The notes under the pieces were generated by a model. The model saw nothing but the letters and a program-made list of their open reading frames with translations, did not search any database and had not been told where the DNA came from. From Prochlorococcus sp. AG-402-K04 (GTDB lineage: Bacteria > Cyanobacteriota > Cyanobacteriia > PCC-6307 > Cyanobiaceae): a stretch of DNA of 64,000 bases. Every line of letters starts with the position of its first letter. Position 1 is the stretch's first letter. The position numbers and the translations under genes are program-made. The stretch spans positions 5,102 to 69,101 of the forward strand of contig QCID01000007.1 in assembly GCA_003216895.1 (NCBI GenBank). Reading direction: 5' to 3'. Of this stretch, positions 12,351-22,591 are shown in pieces.

Positions 12351-15116
12351 ATGAATGGAAGTTTAACTACAGAACCAGATTCTTTTAGCGATGAAGCTTG
12401 GGGTCTTTTACTAATAGCTGAACAATCAGCCAGAAGATGGCGTCATCAGAATTTAGATGTTGAACATCTTATTCAAGTTCTTTTTACAAATAAAAAATTT
12501 CACAAATATACAAATTCCCTACCTGTAAACCATGAAGAAATAAATGAAATTTTAGAAAACTTTATCGCTGAACTTCCACTGAACAACCAATCAGACTTAT
12601 TTGTTGGAGAGGATTTAGAAATTCTTCTTGAAACAGCTGATGATTTTCGCTCAAGATGGGGATCTAACCAAATCGAGATATCTCATATCCTTATCGCAAT
12701 TGGCAGAGACAATCGATTAGGAGAAGACCTTTTTTATCAAGCAGGTCTCCCTAGTGAAATTCTTGAAGCGGAATTGAGACAACTACCAGCACCTAAATCA
12801 TTCAAACAATCAAAAAGAATTACAACTCAACAAAAAGAAGATAAACCACAAAAAAATTCAAGGTCTTCTATACCTACCAAAAACACTTTAAAAAATTCCG
12901 ACTACGAACCACTTACTCCTATCAAAAAGGAAGAACTCACATCAAGACAAGAGCCTTTAAAACTTAATGAAACGCCAAGTGCATTGGATTTATACTGCAA
13001 AGACCTTACAGCCGAAGCTGAAGATGGGAAACTAGACCCTGTGATCGGCAGAGAGTCGGAAATCAAAGCAATTACAAAAGTTTTATCTCGAAGAGGCAAA
13101 AACAATCCTGTACTGATTGGTGCTCCTGGTGTGGGGAAAACAGCAGTGGCAGAATTATTAGCTCAAAAAATAGTTGCTAACGAACTTCCTGATTCTCTTC
13201 AAGGTTTCAGACTAATTTCACTAGATATCGGTGCATTAATAGCTGGAGCTAAATTCCGAGGGCAATTTGAAGAACGATTTAGATCATTATTAAGTGAAAT
13301 CAGCAATAGTAAAAAAGGAGTAATCCTATTTATTGACGAATTACACTCAATTGTAAGCAAAGACAGATCAAATACTGATGCTGGTAGTCTTTTAAAACCA
13401 TTACTGGCAAGTGGAGAGTTGCGCTGCATTGGTGCCACAACTCCTAACAATTATAGACGTACAATCGAAAAAGACCTAGCACTTGATAGACGATTTCAGC
13501 AGGTATCAATAAAAGAACCTAGCTTAGATTTAAGCTTGGAAATTCTAAAAGGACTTAAAGAAAACTATGAAATTCATCACGGAGTGACTATTACTGATGA
13601 AGCACTAATTACAGCGAATCGTTTATCTCATCGATATATAAGTGATAGATGCCTACCTGATAAAGCTATTGACTTAATTGACGAGGCTTCAGCTCAAGTA
13701 AAAATCGAATCCGCATCAAAACCAAAAATCATAGAAGAAAAAGAATCTCAGATTAATTATTTAGAATCTTCAATCAAAAATGCAAACAAAGATACAACAT
13801 TAGAGACGATAAACAATCTTGAAGAACAAAAAGAATTGCTACTCTATGAGCTGGATCAGATCAAACAAAAATGGCAAGATCAGATTGAGAAATCAGCTGA
13901 GTTACAAGAACTAAAAATAAGAATTGAAGAATTAAAAAATTTAATAAGAGAAGCTGAAATCTCTGGTGATATTGAGGAAGCAGAAAGACTTAAATATGAA
14001 CAACTTTTTCAATTCAAAGAAAGAATAATAGAAATAGAAGCTTCTATTCAAAACGATAATGAACATGGAAATTCATTACTAACAGAGCAAGTTGAGCCAG
14101 AAGATATAGCTGATGTTGTCTCAAGATGGACAGGAATACCTGTTAGCAAAGTTTTATCTGGTGAAAGACAAAAGCTATTAAATTTAGAAAAAGATTTAGA
14201 AAAAAAAGTTATTGGTCAATTAAATGCTGTTCAAGCAGTTTCAGCCGCAATTCGTAGAGCAAGAGCTGGGATGCAGGACATAAGAAGGCCTATAGGATCC
14301 TTTCTTTTTCTAGGCCCTACAGGTGTTGGAAAAACTGAACTTGCCAAATCACTAGCAAATTCTTTATTTGACGAAGAGGACGCTTTATTGAGACTTGATA
14401 TGAGCGAATATATGGAGAGAAATGCTGTTTCAAGGCTCTTAGGTGCACCGCCTGGATACGTGGGTTATGAAGAAGGTGGGCAATTAACAGAGGCAATTAG
14501 AAAAAGACCTTACGCAGTTTTACTGCTTGATGAGATAGAAAAAGCTCATCCAGAAGTTTTCAACATCCTTTTACAGGTGTTAGATGATGGAAGACTCACC
14601 GATTCTCAAGGGCGCACAGTAGATTTTAGAAATACAGTCATTGTTATGACCAGCAATCTAGCTAGCAAAGCAATCTTAAATAATTCACTCAAAGTTCAAA
14701 TTGAAAATTCAAATAAAAATATTCTTGCAGAAGAATTAGATCAAAAAATTAACGAAGCTTTAACAAAACATTTTCGACCAGAGTTTCTGAACCGCATTGA
14801 TGAAGTAATAAGATTTAGTCCACTAAACGCCGAAAGTCTAGAACAAATAGTCCGACTTCAACTTAATGAATTAAAGAAGCTTCTCAAACTCCAAGGTTTA
14901 GATCTTTACGTTGACGAAAATACCATTAAAACTCTTGCTGATGAAGGATATGAGCCTGAATACGGGGCTAGACCGCTAAGAAGAGTGATTCGAAGAAGAT
15001 TAGAAAATCCACTGGCAACACAAATTTTAGAAGAGGATTTAGAAGATGCGCACTCAATTAGAGTTGTGGTCAAAGATGATGAATCTAAAAAACTTCTTTT
15101 TTTAATAGATAACTAA
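12351..15116 (+). CDS. clpB: ClpB-family AAA+ chaperone (cyanobacterial ClpB2-like)
   Basis: Two NBDs (GAPGVGKT; GPTGVGKT), coiled-coil middle domain, GYVGYEEGG, GARPLRR. Confidence 0.93.
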   Translation: MNGSLTTEPDSFSDEAWGLLLIAEQSARRWRHQNLDVEHLIQVLFTNKKFHKYTNSLPVNHEEINEILENFIAELPLNNQSDLFVGEDLEILLETADDFRSRWGSNQIEISHILIAIGRDNRLGEDLFYQAGLPSEILEAELRQLPAPKSFKQSKRITTQQKEDKPQKNSRSSIPTKNTLKNSDYEPLTPIKKEELTSRQEPLKLNETPSALDLYCKDLTAEAEDGKLDPVIGRESEIKAITKVLSRRGKNNPVLIGAPGVGKTAVAELLAQKIVANELPDSLQGFRLISLDIGALIAGAKFRGQFEERFRSLLSEISNSKKGVILFIDELHSIVSKDRSNTDAGSLLKPLLASGELRCIGATTPNNYRRTIEKDLALDRRFQQVSIKEPSLDLSLEILKGLKENYEIHHGVTITDEALITANRLSHRYISDRCLPDKAIDLIDEASAQVKIESASKPKIIEEKESQINYLESSIKNANKDTTLETINNLEEQKELLLYELDQIKQKWQDQIEKSAELQELKIRIEELKNLIREAEISGDIEEAERLKYEQLFQFKERIIEIEASIQNDNEHGNSLLTEQVEPEDIADVVSRWTGIPVSKVLSGERQKLLNLEKDLEKKVIGQLNAVQAVSAAIRRARAGMQDIRRPIGSFLFLGPTGVGKTELAKSLANSLFDEEDALLRLDMSEYMERNAVSRLLGAPPGYVGYEEGGQLTEAIRKRPYAVLLLDEIEKAHPEVFNILLQVLDDGRLTDSQGRTVDFRNTVIVMTSNLASKAILNNSLKVQIENSNKNILAEELDQKINEALTKHFRPEFLNRIDEVIRFSPLNAESLEQIVRLQLNELKKLLKLQGLDLYVDENTIKTLADEGYEPEYGARPLRRVIRRRLENPLATQILEEDLEDAHSIRVVVKDDESKKLLFLIDN

Positions 15117-15187
15117 TCTTTCAAACATAAGTTAGTCTAGGTTTGTAGCCATTGTTTTAAAAGTACCTTCCTTTTAATCTTCCCAAA

Positions 15188-15430
15188 GTGACAAGTCCAA
15201 CCTCTCAAGAGGATCAAGAAAAGGTAATTCCTACAAAAAAGGAAAAGTCTGCCTTAAAAAAAAGTTTTTTATCCTCTACAATTGATGAAATGAAACTTGT
15301 TGTATGGCCCTCACGCCAGCAACTGTTCAGCGAATCTGTTGCTGTGATTTTAATGGTCACTTTATCAGCAGTATCAATCGCCGCCGTAAGCCGTTTTTAT
15401 GGATGGGCCTCTACTCAGATATTCCGCTGA
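15188..15430 (+). CDS. secE: Preprotein translocase subunit SecE
   Basis: EMKLVVWPSR motif plus a TM helix; upstream of nusG. Confidence 0.93.
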   Translation: MTSPTSQEDQEKVIPTKKEKSALKKSFLSSTIDEMKLVVWPSRQQLFSESVAVILMVTLSAVSIAAVSRFYGWASTQIFR

Positions 15431-15472
15431 GTTGACTAACCTAAATTTTTTAACCACTCACATTTTTTTCCA

Positions 15473-16141
15473 GTGTCAGATATTGAAACCACTCCTACTA
15501 AAGATTCAAACATAATTGATAGATCAGGAACAACTGAAGATGATCAATCATATTTTGCACAACAAACAACAAAAACAAATATTGCACGTTGGTACGCTAT
15601 CCAAGTTGCCTCAAGTTGTGAAAAGAAGGTAAAAGCGACTCTTGAACAAAGAGCTATCACTCTCGGTGTTAGTGACAGAATTATAGAGATAGAAATCCCT
15701 CAAACACCTGCAGTTAAGCTGAAAAAAGATGGTAGCAGGCAAACAACAGAAGAAAAAGTGTTTCCTGGATATGTGCTCGTTCGTATGGTGCTAGATGAAG
15801 ACACAATGATGGCTGTTAGAAGTACTCCAAATGTAATTAATTTTGTTGGTGCAGAAGACCGCAGAGCTACTGGTAAAGCTCGCGGACACATAAAACCTCG
15901 CCCTCTCAGCAGACAAGAAGTTAATAGAATTTTCAAACGAGCAGCTGAAAAGAAAACTGTTGTCAAGTTGGACGTAGAAGAAGGTGATCAGATTGTTGTT
16001 ACTTCAGGACCTTTTAAAGATTTCCAAGGTGAAGTTATTGAAGTTTCAGGAGAAAGAAACAAACTTAAGGCTCTTTTATCCATATTTGGTAGAGAAACTC
16101 CCGTTGAGCTTGAATTTTCTCAAATAACCAAACAAAATTGA
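15473..16141 (+). CDS. nusG: Transcription antitermination factor NusG
   Basis: WYAIQV, FPGYVLV, KOW GPFKDF, IFGRETPVEL. Confidence 0.97.
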   Translation: MSDIETTPTKDSNIIDRSGTTEDDQSYFAQQTTKTNIARWYAIQVASSCEKKVKATLEQRAITLGVSDRIIEIEIPQTPAVKLKKDGSRQTTEEKVFPGYVLVRMVLDEDTMMAVRSTPNVINFVGAEDRRATGKARGHIKPRPLSRQEVNRIFKRAAEKKTVVKLDVEEGDQIVVTSGPFKDFQGEVIEVSGERNKLKALLSIFGRETPVELEFSQITKQN

Positions 16142-16243
16142 TTTTTGATTTCCTTTTGCTGTCTGGTCAGTCTAGGAGTTAAGTTTATTAGATAATTTGT
16201 CTGATTAGTTTCAGATTTTCCGTATTAGTTTAATTTTCAGCCG

Positions 16244-16669
16244 ATGGCAAAGAAAGTTGTAGCCCTGATCAAGTTGGCCTTACAGGCTGGCAAAGCCAAT
16301 CCAGCTCCTCCCGTTGGGCCTGCGCTAGGTCAACATGGGGTAAACATAATGGCGTTTTGTAAGGAATACAATTCGCGCACCCAAGACAAAGCTGGCTTTG
16401 TTATACCTGTAGAAATATCTGTTTTCGAAGATAGAAGTTTTACTTTCATAACAAAAACTCCTCCTGCTTCTGTTTTGATAACTAAGGCAGCAGGTATTGC
16501 GAAAGGGTCAGGCGAGTCAGCAAAAGGAACTGCTGGTTCGATTAGTAAAAGTCAACTTGAAGAAATTGCTAAAACCAAACTTCCTGATCTCAATTGCAGC
16601 AGCATCGAATCAGCCATGAAAGTTATTGAGGGGACAGCCAAAAATATGGGGGTTTCCATAAAGGACTAA
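16244..16669 (+). CDS. rplK: 50S ribosomal protein L11
   Basis: [20 protein letters not shown]. Confidence 0.98.
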   Translation: MAKKVVALIKLALQAGKANPAPPVGPALGQHGVNIMAFCKEYNSRTQDKAGFVIPVEISVFEDRSFTFITKTPPASVLITKAAGIAKGSGESAKGTAGSISKSQLEEIAKTKLPDLNCSSIESAMKVIEGTAKNMGVSIKD

Positions 16670-16702
16670 TTAAATCGTAAAATCATCAAGCTTTCTCTAA
16701 GA

Positions 16703-16730
16703 GGGGGAGACTAACAGTCGAATGGACCCC
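16703..16730 (+). promoter_or_regulatory. Putative L1-binding autoregulatory mRNA hairpin
   Basis: GGGGGAGAC-TAACA-GTC-GAATGGACCCC resembles the GGGAG...ACCC asymmetric-loop L1 site; ends 8 nt before the rplA ATG. Confidence 0.65.
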
Positions 16731-16738
16731 AATTTATT

Positions 16739-17446
16739 ATGAAAAATTTTTCTAAAAGAATGACAACGTTACTTTCCAAAGTGGAAGAGCGTACATATTC
16801 TCCAATTGAAGCGATCAAGCTAGTCAAGGAGAATGCCAATGCAAAATTCGATGAGACTATAGAAGCTCATATCAGACTTGGTATTGATCCAAAATATACT
16901 GATCAGCAATTAAGAACGACAGTTGCCTTGCCAAATGGTACCGGTCAGAAAGTAAGAATAGCAGTAGTTACACGAGGTGAAAAAGTTTCTGAGGCGACAA
17001 AAGCAGGTGCTGATCTAGCAGGAGAAGAGGATTTAGTTGATTCAATCAACAAAGGAGAAATGAACTTCGATTTGCTAATTTCAACTCCGGATATGATGCC
17101 TAAGGTTGCAAAACTTGGAAGAGTGCTTGGGCCTAGAGGACTTATGCCTAATCCAAAAGCAGGAACAGTTACAACCGATTTAGCAGCAGCTATTAAAGAA
17201 TTTAAAGCAGGAAAACTTGAATTTAGAGCTGATAAAGCAGGAATTGTACATGTTCGATTTGGTAAAGCTAGTTTTTCTGAAGAGGCTCTTCTTGAAAATT
17301 TAAAGACATTGCACTTAACAATAGAAAAAAATAAACCAAGCGGAGCAAAAGGAAAATTCTGGAGAAGCTTTTTTATTACATCCACCATGGGACCATCAGT
17401 AGAAGTAGATATCAACGAATTACAAGAATTGCAGAAAGAAAAGTGA
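16739..17446 (+). CDS. rplA: 50S ribosomal protein L1
   Basis: [22 protein letters not shown]. Confidence 0.98.
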   Translation: MKNFSKRMTTLLSKVEERTYSPIEAIKLVKENANAKFDETIEAHIRLGIDPKYTDQQLRTTVALPNGTGQKVRIAVVTRGEKVSEATKAGADLAGEEDLVDSINKGEMNFDLLISTPDMMPKVAKLGRVLGPRGLMPNPKAGTVTTDLAAAIKEFKAGKLEFRADKAGIVHVRFGKASFSEEALLENLKTLHLTIEKNKPSGAKGKFWRSFFITSTMGPSVEVDINELQELQKEK

Positions 17447-17498
17447 CCCTTATTGTTGTAAATTAGTAAAGTGGCATAGCCACATGGGCATGCGCCCA

Positions 17499-17635
17499 GC
17501 CAAAGACAGCAGGTCTGATGCTATTAAACTTTTCGTTTAATGGAATCTATAAACCCCGCAGAGGCATACGCAGGGTTTTATCAATTTGATTGAATCGTTA
17601 GCGGCCTCGATTCCCCATGGGGAATATGGCCGCAT
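17499..17635 (+). ncRNA. L10 ribosomal protein leader
   Basis: AAAGACAGCAGG ... CCCCGCAGAGG paired motifs typical of the L10 leader, plus a GC-rich hairpin GCGGCC...GGCCGC upstream of rplJ. Confidence 0.75.
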
Positions 17636-17668
17636 GTCCAGTTCTTCCCCCGATTCGATCCAATTATT

Positions 17669-18196
17669 ATGGGCCGCACGCTGGAAAGCAAAAAACAGAT
17701 CGTCGAAACAATAGAGGATCTACTGGATAACTCCGAAATGGCTTTAGTTCTTGATTACAAGGGCTTATCCACAAAAGAGATGTCTGACTTGCGCTCAAGA
17801 TTGCAAAAAAGCGATGGCATCTGCAAGGTCACTAAAAACACCTTGATGCGTCAAGCCATAAAAGGAAAAGATTCCTGGATTGGTTTGGAGTCATTGCTTA
17901 CTGGAACTAACGCCTTTGTTTTAATCAAAGGAGATGTTGGGAGTGCTGTTAAAGCTGTACAAGCATTTCAAAAGGAAACTCAAAAGTCTGAGACTAAAGG
18001 AGGTCTTTTCGAAGGCAAACTTTTATCTCAAGATGAAATCAAAGCGATTGCAAAACTTCCTAGCAAGGAAGCGCTTATGGCACAAATTGCCGGTGCAATG
18101 AATTCCATAACAAGCAAAATCGCTATTGGTATAAATGAGGTTCCCTCTGGACTTGCAAGGTCTCTTAAACAACATTCTGAGAGCGGCGAGAGCTGA
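17669..18196 (+). CDS. rplJ: 50S ribosomal protein L10
   Basis: DYKGLS, KVTKNTL, LPSKE. Confidence 0.97.
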   Translation: MGRTLESKKQIVETIEDLLDNSEMALVLDYKGLSTKEMSDLRSRLQKSDGICKVTKNTLMRQAIKGKDSWIGLESLLTGTNAFVLIKGDVGSAVKAVQAFQKETQKSETKGGLFEGKLLSQDEIKAIAKLPSKEALMAQIAGAMNSITSKIAIGINEVPSGLARSLKQHSESGES

Positions 18197-18247
18197 TACT
18201 CCTTGTTAACAATTTGTTTTCTACTTACTTAGTTGCTGATTTAAACC

Positions 18248-18643
18248 ATGTCTGCAAAAACTGATGAAATCTTAGATTCATTAAAAAGCCTCTCTTTGCT
18301 TGAAGCTTCAGAGCTTGTTAAGCAAATAGAAGAAGCTTTTGGTGTATCTGCTGCCGCCTCTGCTGGCGTTGTCATGGCAGCTCCCGGAGCTGCTGCTGGT
18401 GGCGATGGTGCTGATGCTGCCGAAGAAAAAACTGAATTTGAGGTAGTTTTAGAAAGCTTTGACGCTTCATCTAAAATCAAAGTCCTTAAAGAGGTTAGGA
18501 ATGCTACAGGTCTAGGCCTTGGCGAAGCAAAAGCCTTAGTTGAAGCTGCTCCAAAAACAATAAAAGAAGGAGCATCAAAAGAAGATGCTGAGGCTTTAAA
18601 GAAAGCAATTGAGGCAGTTGGCGGAAAAGTAACTTTAAAATAA
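18248..18643 (+). CDS. rplL: 50S ribosomal protein L7/L12
   Basis: EEAFGVSAA, Ala-rich hinge, [14 protein letters not shown]. Confidence 0.98.
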   Translation: MSAKTDEILDSLKSLSLLEASELVKQIEEAFGVSAAASAGVVMAAPGAAAGGDGADAAEEKTEFEVVLESFDASSKIKVLKEVRNATGLGLGEAKALVEAAPKTIKEGASKEDAEALKKAIEAVGGKVTLK

Positions 18644-18679
18644 ATATTGTTACTGGAAAAAAGCCAATTTTCTGCTTAT

Positions 18680-18709
18680 ATAAAACCGGTCTAAATAGAC
18701 CGGTTTTAT
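18680..18709 (+). terminator. Intrinsic terminator-like hairpin after rplL
   Basis: Perfect inverted repeat ATAAAACCGGTCTA-AA-TAGACCGGTTTTAT with T-rich tail. Confidence 0.8.
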
Positions 18710-18710
18710 T

Positions 18711-19196
18711 ATGTCTAAAGAAGAAAAACTTGCGATTGCTGCAGCAACTGATGGTGCATGTAGTGGCAATCCTGGCCCAGGTGGCTGGGGGGCCTTAATT
18801 AGATTCCAAGATGGAAGCGAAGTTGAATTCGGAGGTTTTAGCCCAGAAACAACAAATAATCGCATGGAATTACAGGCTGCATTATTTGTTTTGGAAAAAT
18901 TGAAGAAAATAAAATTTGCCCCTTCCCTAACCATTAAAACTGATAGCAAATATTTAATTGATGGAATGGAAAAATGGATGGCAAATTGGAAAAAGAAAGG
19001 CTGGAAAACTGCATCTGGCAAGCCAGTTCTCAATCAAGATCTATGGAAAGCTCTTGACCACCCTGAACTACCAAAAATCAAACTTCAATATGTCAAAGGT
19101 CATAGCGGAGAGAAAGATAATGATAGAGTCGACTCAATTGCGGTAGCTTTTTCAAAAGGTAGAAAAATACAACTAAAAGATTTTGTCAAAAAATAA
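18711..19196 (+). CDS. rnhA: Ribonuclease HI
   Basis: [33 protein letters not shown]. Confidence 0.97.
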   Translation: MSKEEKLAIAAATDGACSGNPGPGGWGALIRFQDGSEVEFGGFSPETTNNRMELQAALFVLEKLKKIKFAPSLTIKTDSKYLIDGMEKWMANWKKKGWKTASGKPVLNQDLWKALDHPELPKIKLQYVKGHSGEKDNDRVDSIAVAFSKGRKIQLKDFVKK

Positions 19197-20340
19197 AAAA
19201 AAAGACTTATACAATATTCTCCTTGGCCAGCTTCTATCTCAAGATGAGGGTATAGATGCAGAAATTCTTACTAATTCAGCACTTAATGCAATTAAATTCG
19301 CATCACTAAATAGAAATTTTCCAATAATCTCTAATATCCTTTTAAGAGCATCAAATGATTTTCAAAGAAACAACTCAAGCTTAAATCAAATTGTTTTTGG
19401 CTCTCACTTTAAAAACCCTTTGGGACTTGCAGCTGGGTTTGACAAAAATGGAGTAGGAGCAGGTCTTTGGAACTATTTTGGATTTGGTTTCGCAGAATTA
19501 GGCACTATTACTTGGCATGCCCAAAAAGGTAATCCAAAACCCAGACTTTTCAGAATTGCAAAAGAGAAAGCTGCGTTGAATAGAATGGGATTCAATAATG
19601 AAGGAGCAGAAAAATTTTTAAAAACCATAGAAAAACAACAAATCCCTTCTCCAGGCAATAGACCTTGTGTCCTAGGAATAAATCTAGGAAAGTCTAAAAT
19701 CACCCCTCTTGATGAAGCCCATAAAGATTATTCTTTATCTCTAAAACTATTAGCGCCTTTATCAGACTATGCAGTAATCAATGTTAGTTCACCCAATACC
19801 CCTGGCCTGCGTTCATTACAAGAAACAAAACAAATCAAAAAATTAATAAGAACGCTTAAAGATTTATCCAATTGTCCTCCTTTACTTATAAAAATAGCCC
19901 CTGATCTTTCAAATGAAGCAATTGATGAGATATCAAGAGTTGCAATGGAAAATGGTATAGATGGAATCATTGCAATCAATACAAGCATAAATCGGTTTAA
20001 TTTAAAAAACCTTAAAATCAAAACAGGCAATACTCTTGAACAAGAGAATGGAGGATTAAGTGGACTACCCTTGCAAAAAAGAGGACTAGAAGTTATCAGA
20101 AGGCTCAGAAGTAGTACTTATAATGATCTACCTCTGATCGGCGTAGGAGGAATTAATTCAGCAAGAACAGCATGGGAGAGAATTGCAGCTGGGGCTTCAT
20201 TGGTTCAAGTTTATACTGGTTGGATATTTGAGGGACCCAATTTAGTTCCTCATATTTTAGATGGATTATCTTGGCAAATGGAAAAACATGGATTTCGAAA
20301 TATTAAAGAGGTGATCGGTTCCGAAGAGCCATGGAAATAA
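19183..20340 (+). CDS. pyrD: Dihydroorotate dehydrogenase (quinone, class 2)
   Basis: [37 protein letters not shown]. Confidence 0.96.
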   Translation: MSKNKKKDLYNILLGQLLSQDEGIDAEILTNSALNAIKFASLNRNFPIISNILLRASNDFQRNNSSLNQIVFGSHFKNPLGLAAGFDKNGVGAGLWNYFGFGFAELGTITWHAQKGNPKPRLFRIAKEKAALNRMGFNNEGAEKFLKTIEKQQIPSPGNRPCVLGINLGKSKITPLDEAHKDYSLSLKLLAPLSDYAVINVSSPNTPGLRSLQETKQIKKLIRTLKDLSNCPPLLIKIAPDLSNEAIDEISRVAMENGIDGIIAINTSINRFNLKNLKIKTGNTLEQENGGLSGLPLQKRGLEVIRRLRSSTYNDLPLIGVGGINSARTAWERIAAGASLVQVYTGWIFEGPNLVPHILDGLSWQMEKHGFRNIKEVIGSEEPWK

Positions 20341-20393
20341 AAATCAATGCAATAAATTACTACAATTAACTTTAAACTTAGCATAATATTTTC

Positions 20394-21485
20394 TTGAATA
20401 TAATGAAAAAAGACTTCGATAATCATGGAGGTAATATTGATAAAGAAGCTAGAAAATTAGGTCTATCAAAAGAAAATATAATCGATGCAAGTGCATCAAT
20501 AGTCCCTTTTAAATTACCTAAAAAATTAAATCATTGTCTTATTGATAGTATTAACAATAGGTCAATTAGATTTTATCCAGATAGAAGTTATTTCGAAGTC
20601 AAAAATGCTATTTCAAATTGGCATAATATTGACTCTTCAATGATTTTACCTGGCAATGGAGCGTCTGAATTATTTACTTGGGCAGCAAGAGATGCAAGTT
20701 TAAATGGAATAAGTTCTTTACCCTCTCCAGGTTTTGGAGACTATCAAAGAGCTTTGAAATGCTGGAATGCAGATTATATTTATAGCCCTTTACCCTTATC
20801 TTGGACTAATAGAAAGCCTCAAGAATTTCCAATCAAACCAAAAACTAATGTCTTATGGATTACAAATCCTCACAATCCAACGGGACAATTATGGAGTCGT
20901 TCTTCAATCAAAAATCTATTAGATAATTATAAACTTGTAATTTGCGATGAAGCCTTCATTTCTCTTACACCAGGAGGTGAAAATCAATCAATAATAGATT
21001 TAACTAAAAGCTATAAAAACCTAATAGTTATAAGAAGTTTAACTAAGTTTTTAGGTGTCGCGGGATTAAGGATTGGATACGCTGTTGCGAACCCAGATAG
21101 ATTATTAAAATGGAAAGAGATTAGAGATCCATGGCCAGTAAATACCCTAGCAATAAATGCAACTAATTTAATCATGAAAGAGTCTAAAATGCACAAAAAA
21201 AGATTAAATAAAATCCATAGATGGATAGAAGAGGAAGGAAACTGGTTACATAAAAGTCTGTCAGATTTTTCTACTATCAAGCCTCTACCGTCAACTACAA
21301 ACTTTCAATTAATTAAAAGCGATAGTTCTATATTAAAACTTATTGAGAATTTAAAACAAAGGGGGATCTTATTAAGAGACTGTAGATCTTTTAGAAATTT
21401 AGGTGAAAATTGGTTCAGAATTAGTCTCCAAAAAAGAAAACAAAATATTAAAATTATTACTACATTAAAAGATTACATTAACTAA
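20394..21485 (+). CDS. Threonine-phosphate decarboxylase (CobD/CobC-like PLP enzyme)
   Basis: N-terminal HGGN, NPHNPTG, DEAF, RSLTKFLGVAGLRIGY, LRDC. Confidence 0.8.
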   Translation: MNIMKKDFDNHGGNIDKEARKLGLSKENIIDASASIVPFKLPKKLNHCLIDSINNRSIRFYPDRSYFEVKNAISNWHNIDSSMILPGNGASELFTWAARDASLNGISSLPSPGFGDYQRALKCWNADYIYSPLPLSWTNRKPQEFPIKPKTNVLWITNPHNPTGQLWSRSSIKNLLDNYKLVICDEAFISLTPGGENQSIIDLTKSYKNLIVIRSLTKFLGVAGLRIGYAVANPDRLLKWKEIRDPWPVNTLAINATNLIMKESKMHKKRLNKIHRWIEEEGNWLHKSLSDFSTIKPLPSTTNFQLIKSDSSILKLIENLKQRGILLRDCRSFRNLGENWFRISLQKRKQNIKIITTLKDYIN

Positions 21486-22536
21486 TCAAATTTATAATCT
21501 CAAAAATCTTATTTTCAGAATTTATGTAATCGTAATTATTCATATTTGATTTCATTTTACAAAGAGAATCAGAAGATAGCAAATTAGATATAGTGTTTTT
21601 CAAAATATCTTTTTCTGGATCATGTTGATTAACTATTACAGCACCTCCATATCTGGCCATATAAGCAGCATTTAGCTCTTGATGCTGATCGGCAGAAGCT
21701 GGAAAAGGTATTAAGATTGAAGGAGTCTTAGTTACCATTAATTCACAAATTGCACCAGATCCTGCTCTACTTATTGCAAGATCAGCATTGCGTAGCAAAG
21801 CTGAGATTTCATTACTGAATTGTCTTACAACCAAATTAGCGTGAGTATTAACTTTATCTAACTTTTCATAGAAACAATCGTTTTTACCGGTCAGATGAAT
21901 AACTCTACAACCTTTCTCAAGCAACCAAGGCAAAATATTCCGCACCATCTCATTCATTTTTTTTGCTCCTTGGCTGCCTCCCATAATCACAATTAATAAA
22001 CCCTCTCCGATTGGCGCCCAGGGAGGAAGAGACTGATCTAAAAAAAATTCTGACCTTACAGGTGTTCCTGTAAAACTTGTTCTACAGCTTGACAAATACT
22101 CAGATGCTGATGGGATTCCTAACGCTACATGGTCACAAAATCTACCCAATAACCTAGTTACTTTTCCAGGAATAGCATTAGATTCGTGCAAAAGAATAGG
22201 GATGCCAGTCAGTTTTGCGCCGAGAATACTCGGAGCCGATATGTAGCCACCAGTAGTAAAAATAACGTTGATTTTTTTTTGACGTAATAGAATAGATACT
22301 TGAATAGAAGCAAAGAGTAATTTACATAAATCAAATATTTTCCTAAAAATATTTCCTTGTAATCCTCCAACTTTTAGCTTTATTAAATTGTATTTTTTGG
22401 GAACCAGCTCAATCTCTAGCCTATTTGACACGCCTAGCCACTCAATTTCCCAAGAATCTGAAAGTGAATCAGCAAAAGACAATGCAGGATAAATATGCCC
22501 ACCCGTTCCGCTTGCAGCAATTAAAAGGCGAGGCAT
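21478..22536 (-). CDS. murG: Undecaprenyl-PP-MurNAc-pentapeptide GlcNAc transferase
   Basis: SGTGGHIYP, TGGY, HESN, GGSQGA, SRAG, DQHQELNA. Confidence 0.96.
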   Translation of the reverse strand: MPRLLIAASGTGGHIYPALSFADSLSDSWEIEWLGVSNRLEIELVPKKYNLIKLKVGGLQGNIFRKIFDLCKLLFASIQVSILLRQKKINVIFTTGGYISAPSILGAKLTGIPILLHESNAIPGKVTRLLGRFCDHVALGIPSASEYLSSCRTSFTGTPVRSEFFLDQSLPPWAPIGEGLLIVIMGGSQGAKKMNEMVRNILPWLLEKGCRVIHLTGKNDCFYEKLDKVNTHANLVVRQFSNEISALLRNADLAISRAGSGAICELMVTKTPSILIPFPASADQHQELNAAYMARYGGAVIVNQHDPEKDILKNTISNLLSSDSLCKMKSNMNNYDYINSENKIFEIINLIS

Positions 22537-22591
22537 AAATTAAATAACCTTATCCTTGGAGGCTAAGTTATATTGAGTAAAAAAGGTAGGC

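Noticed and set aside
15117-15187. Possible tRNA-Trp upstream of secE as in many bacteria
   Set aside because: Only 71 nt, with no cloverleaf or T-loop motif.
16945-19033. Antisense ORFs over rplA, rplL and rnhA
   Set aside because: Mirror-frame shadows of conserved genes.
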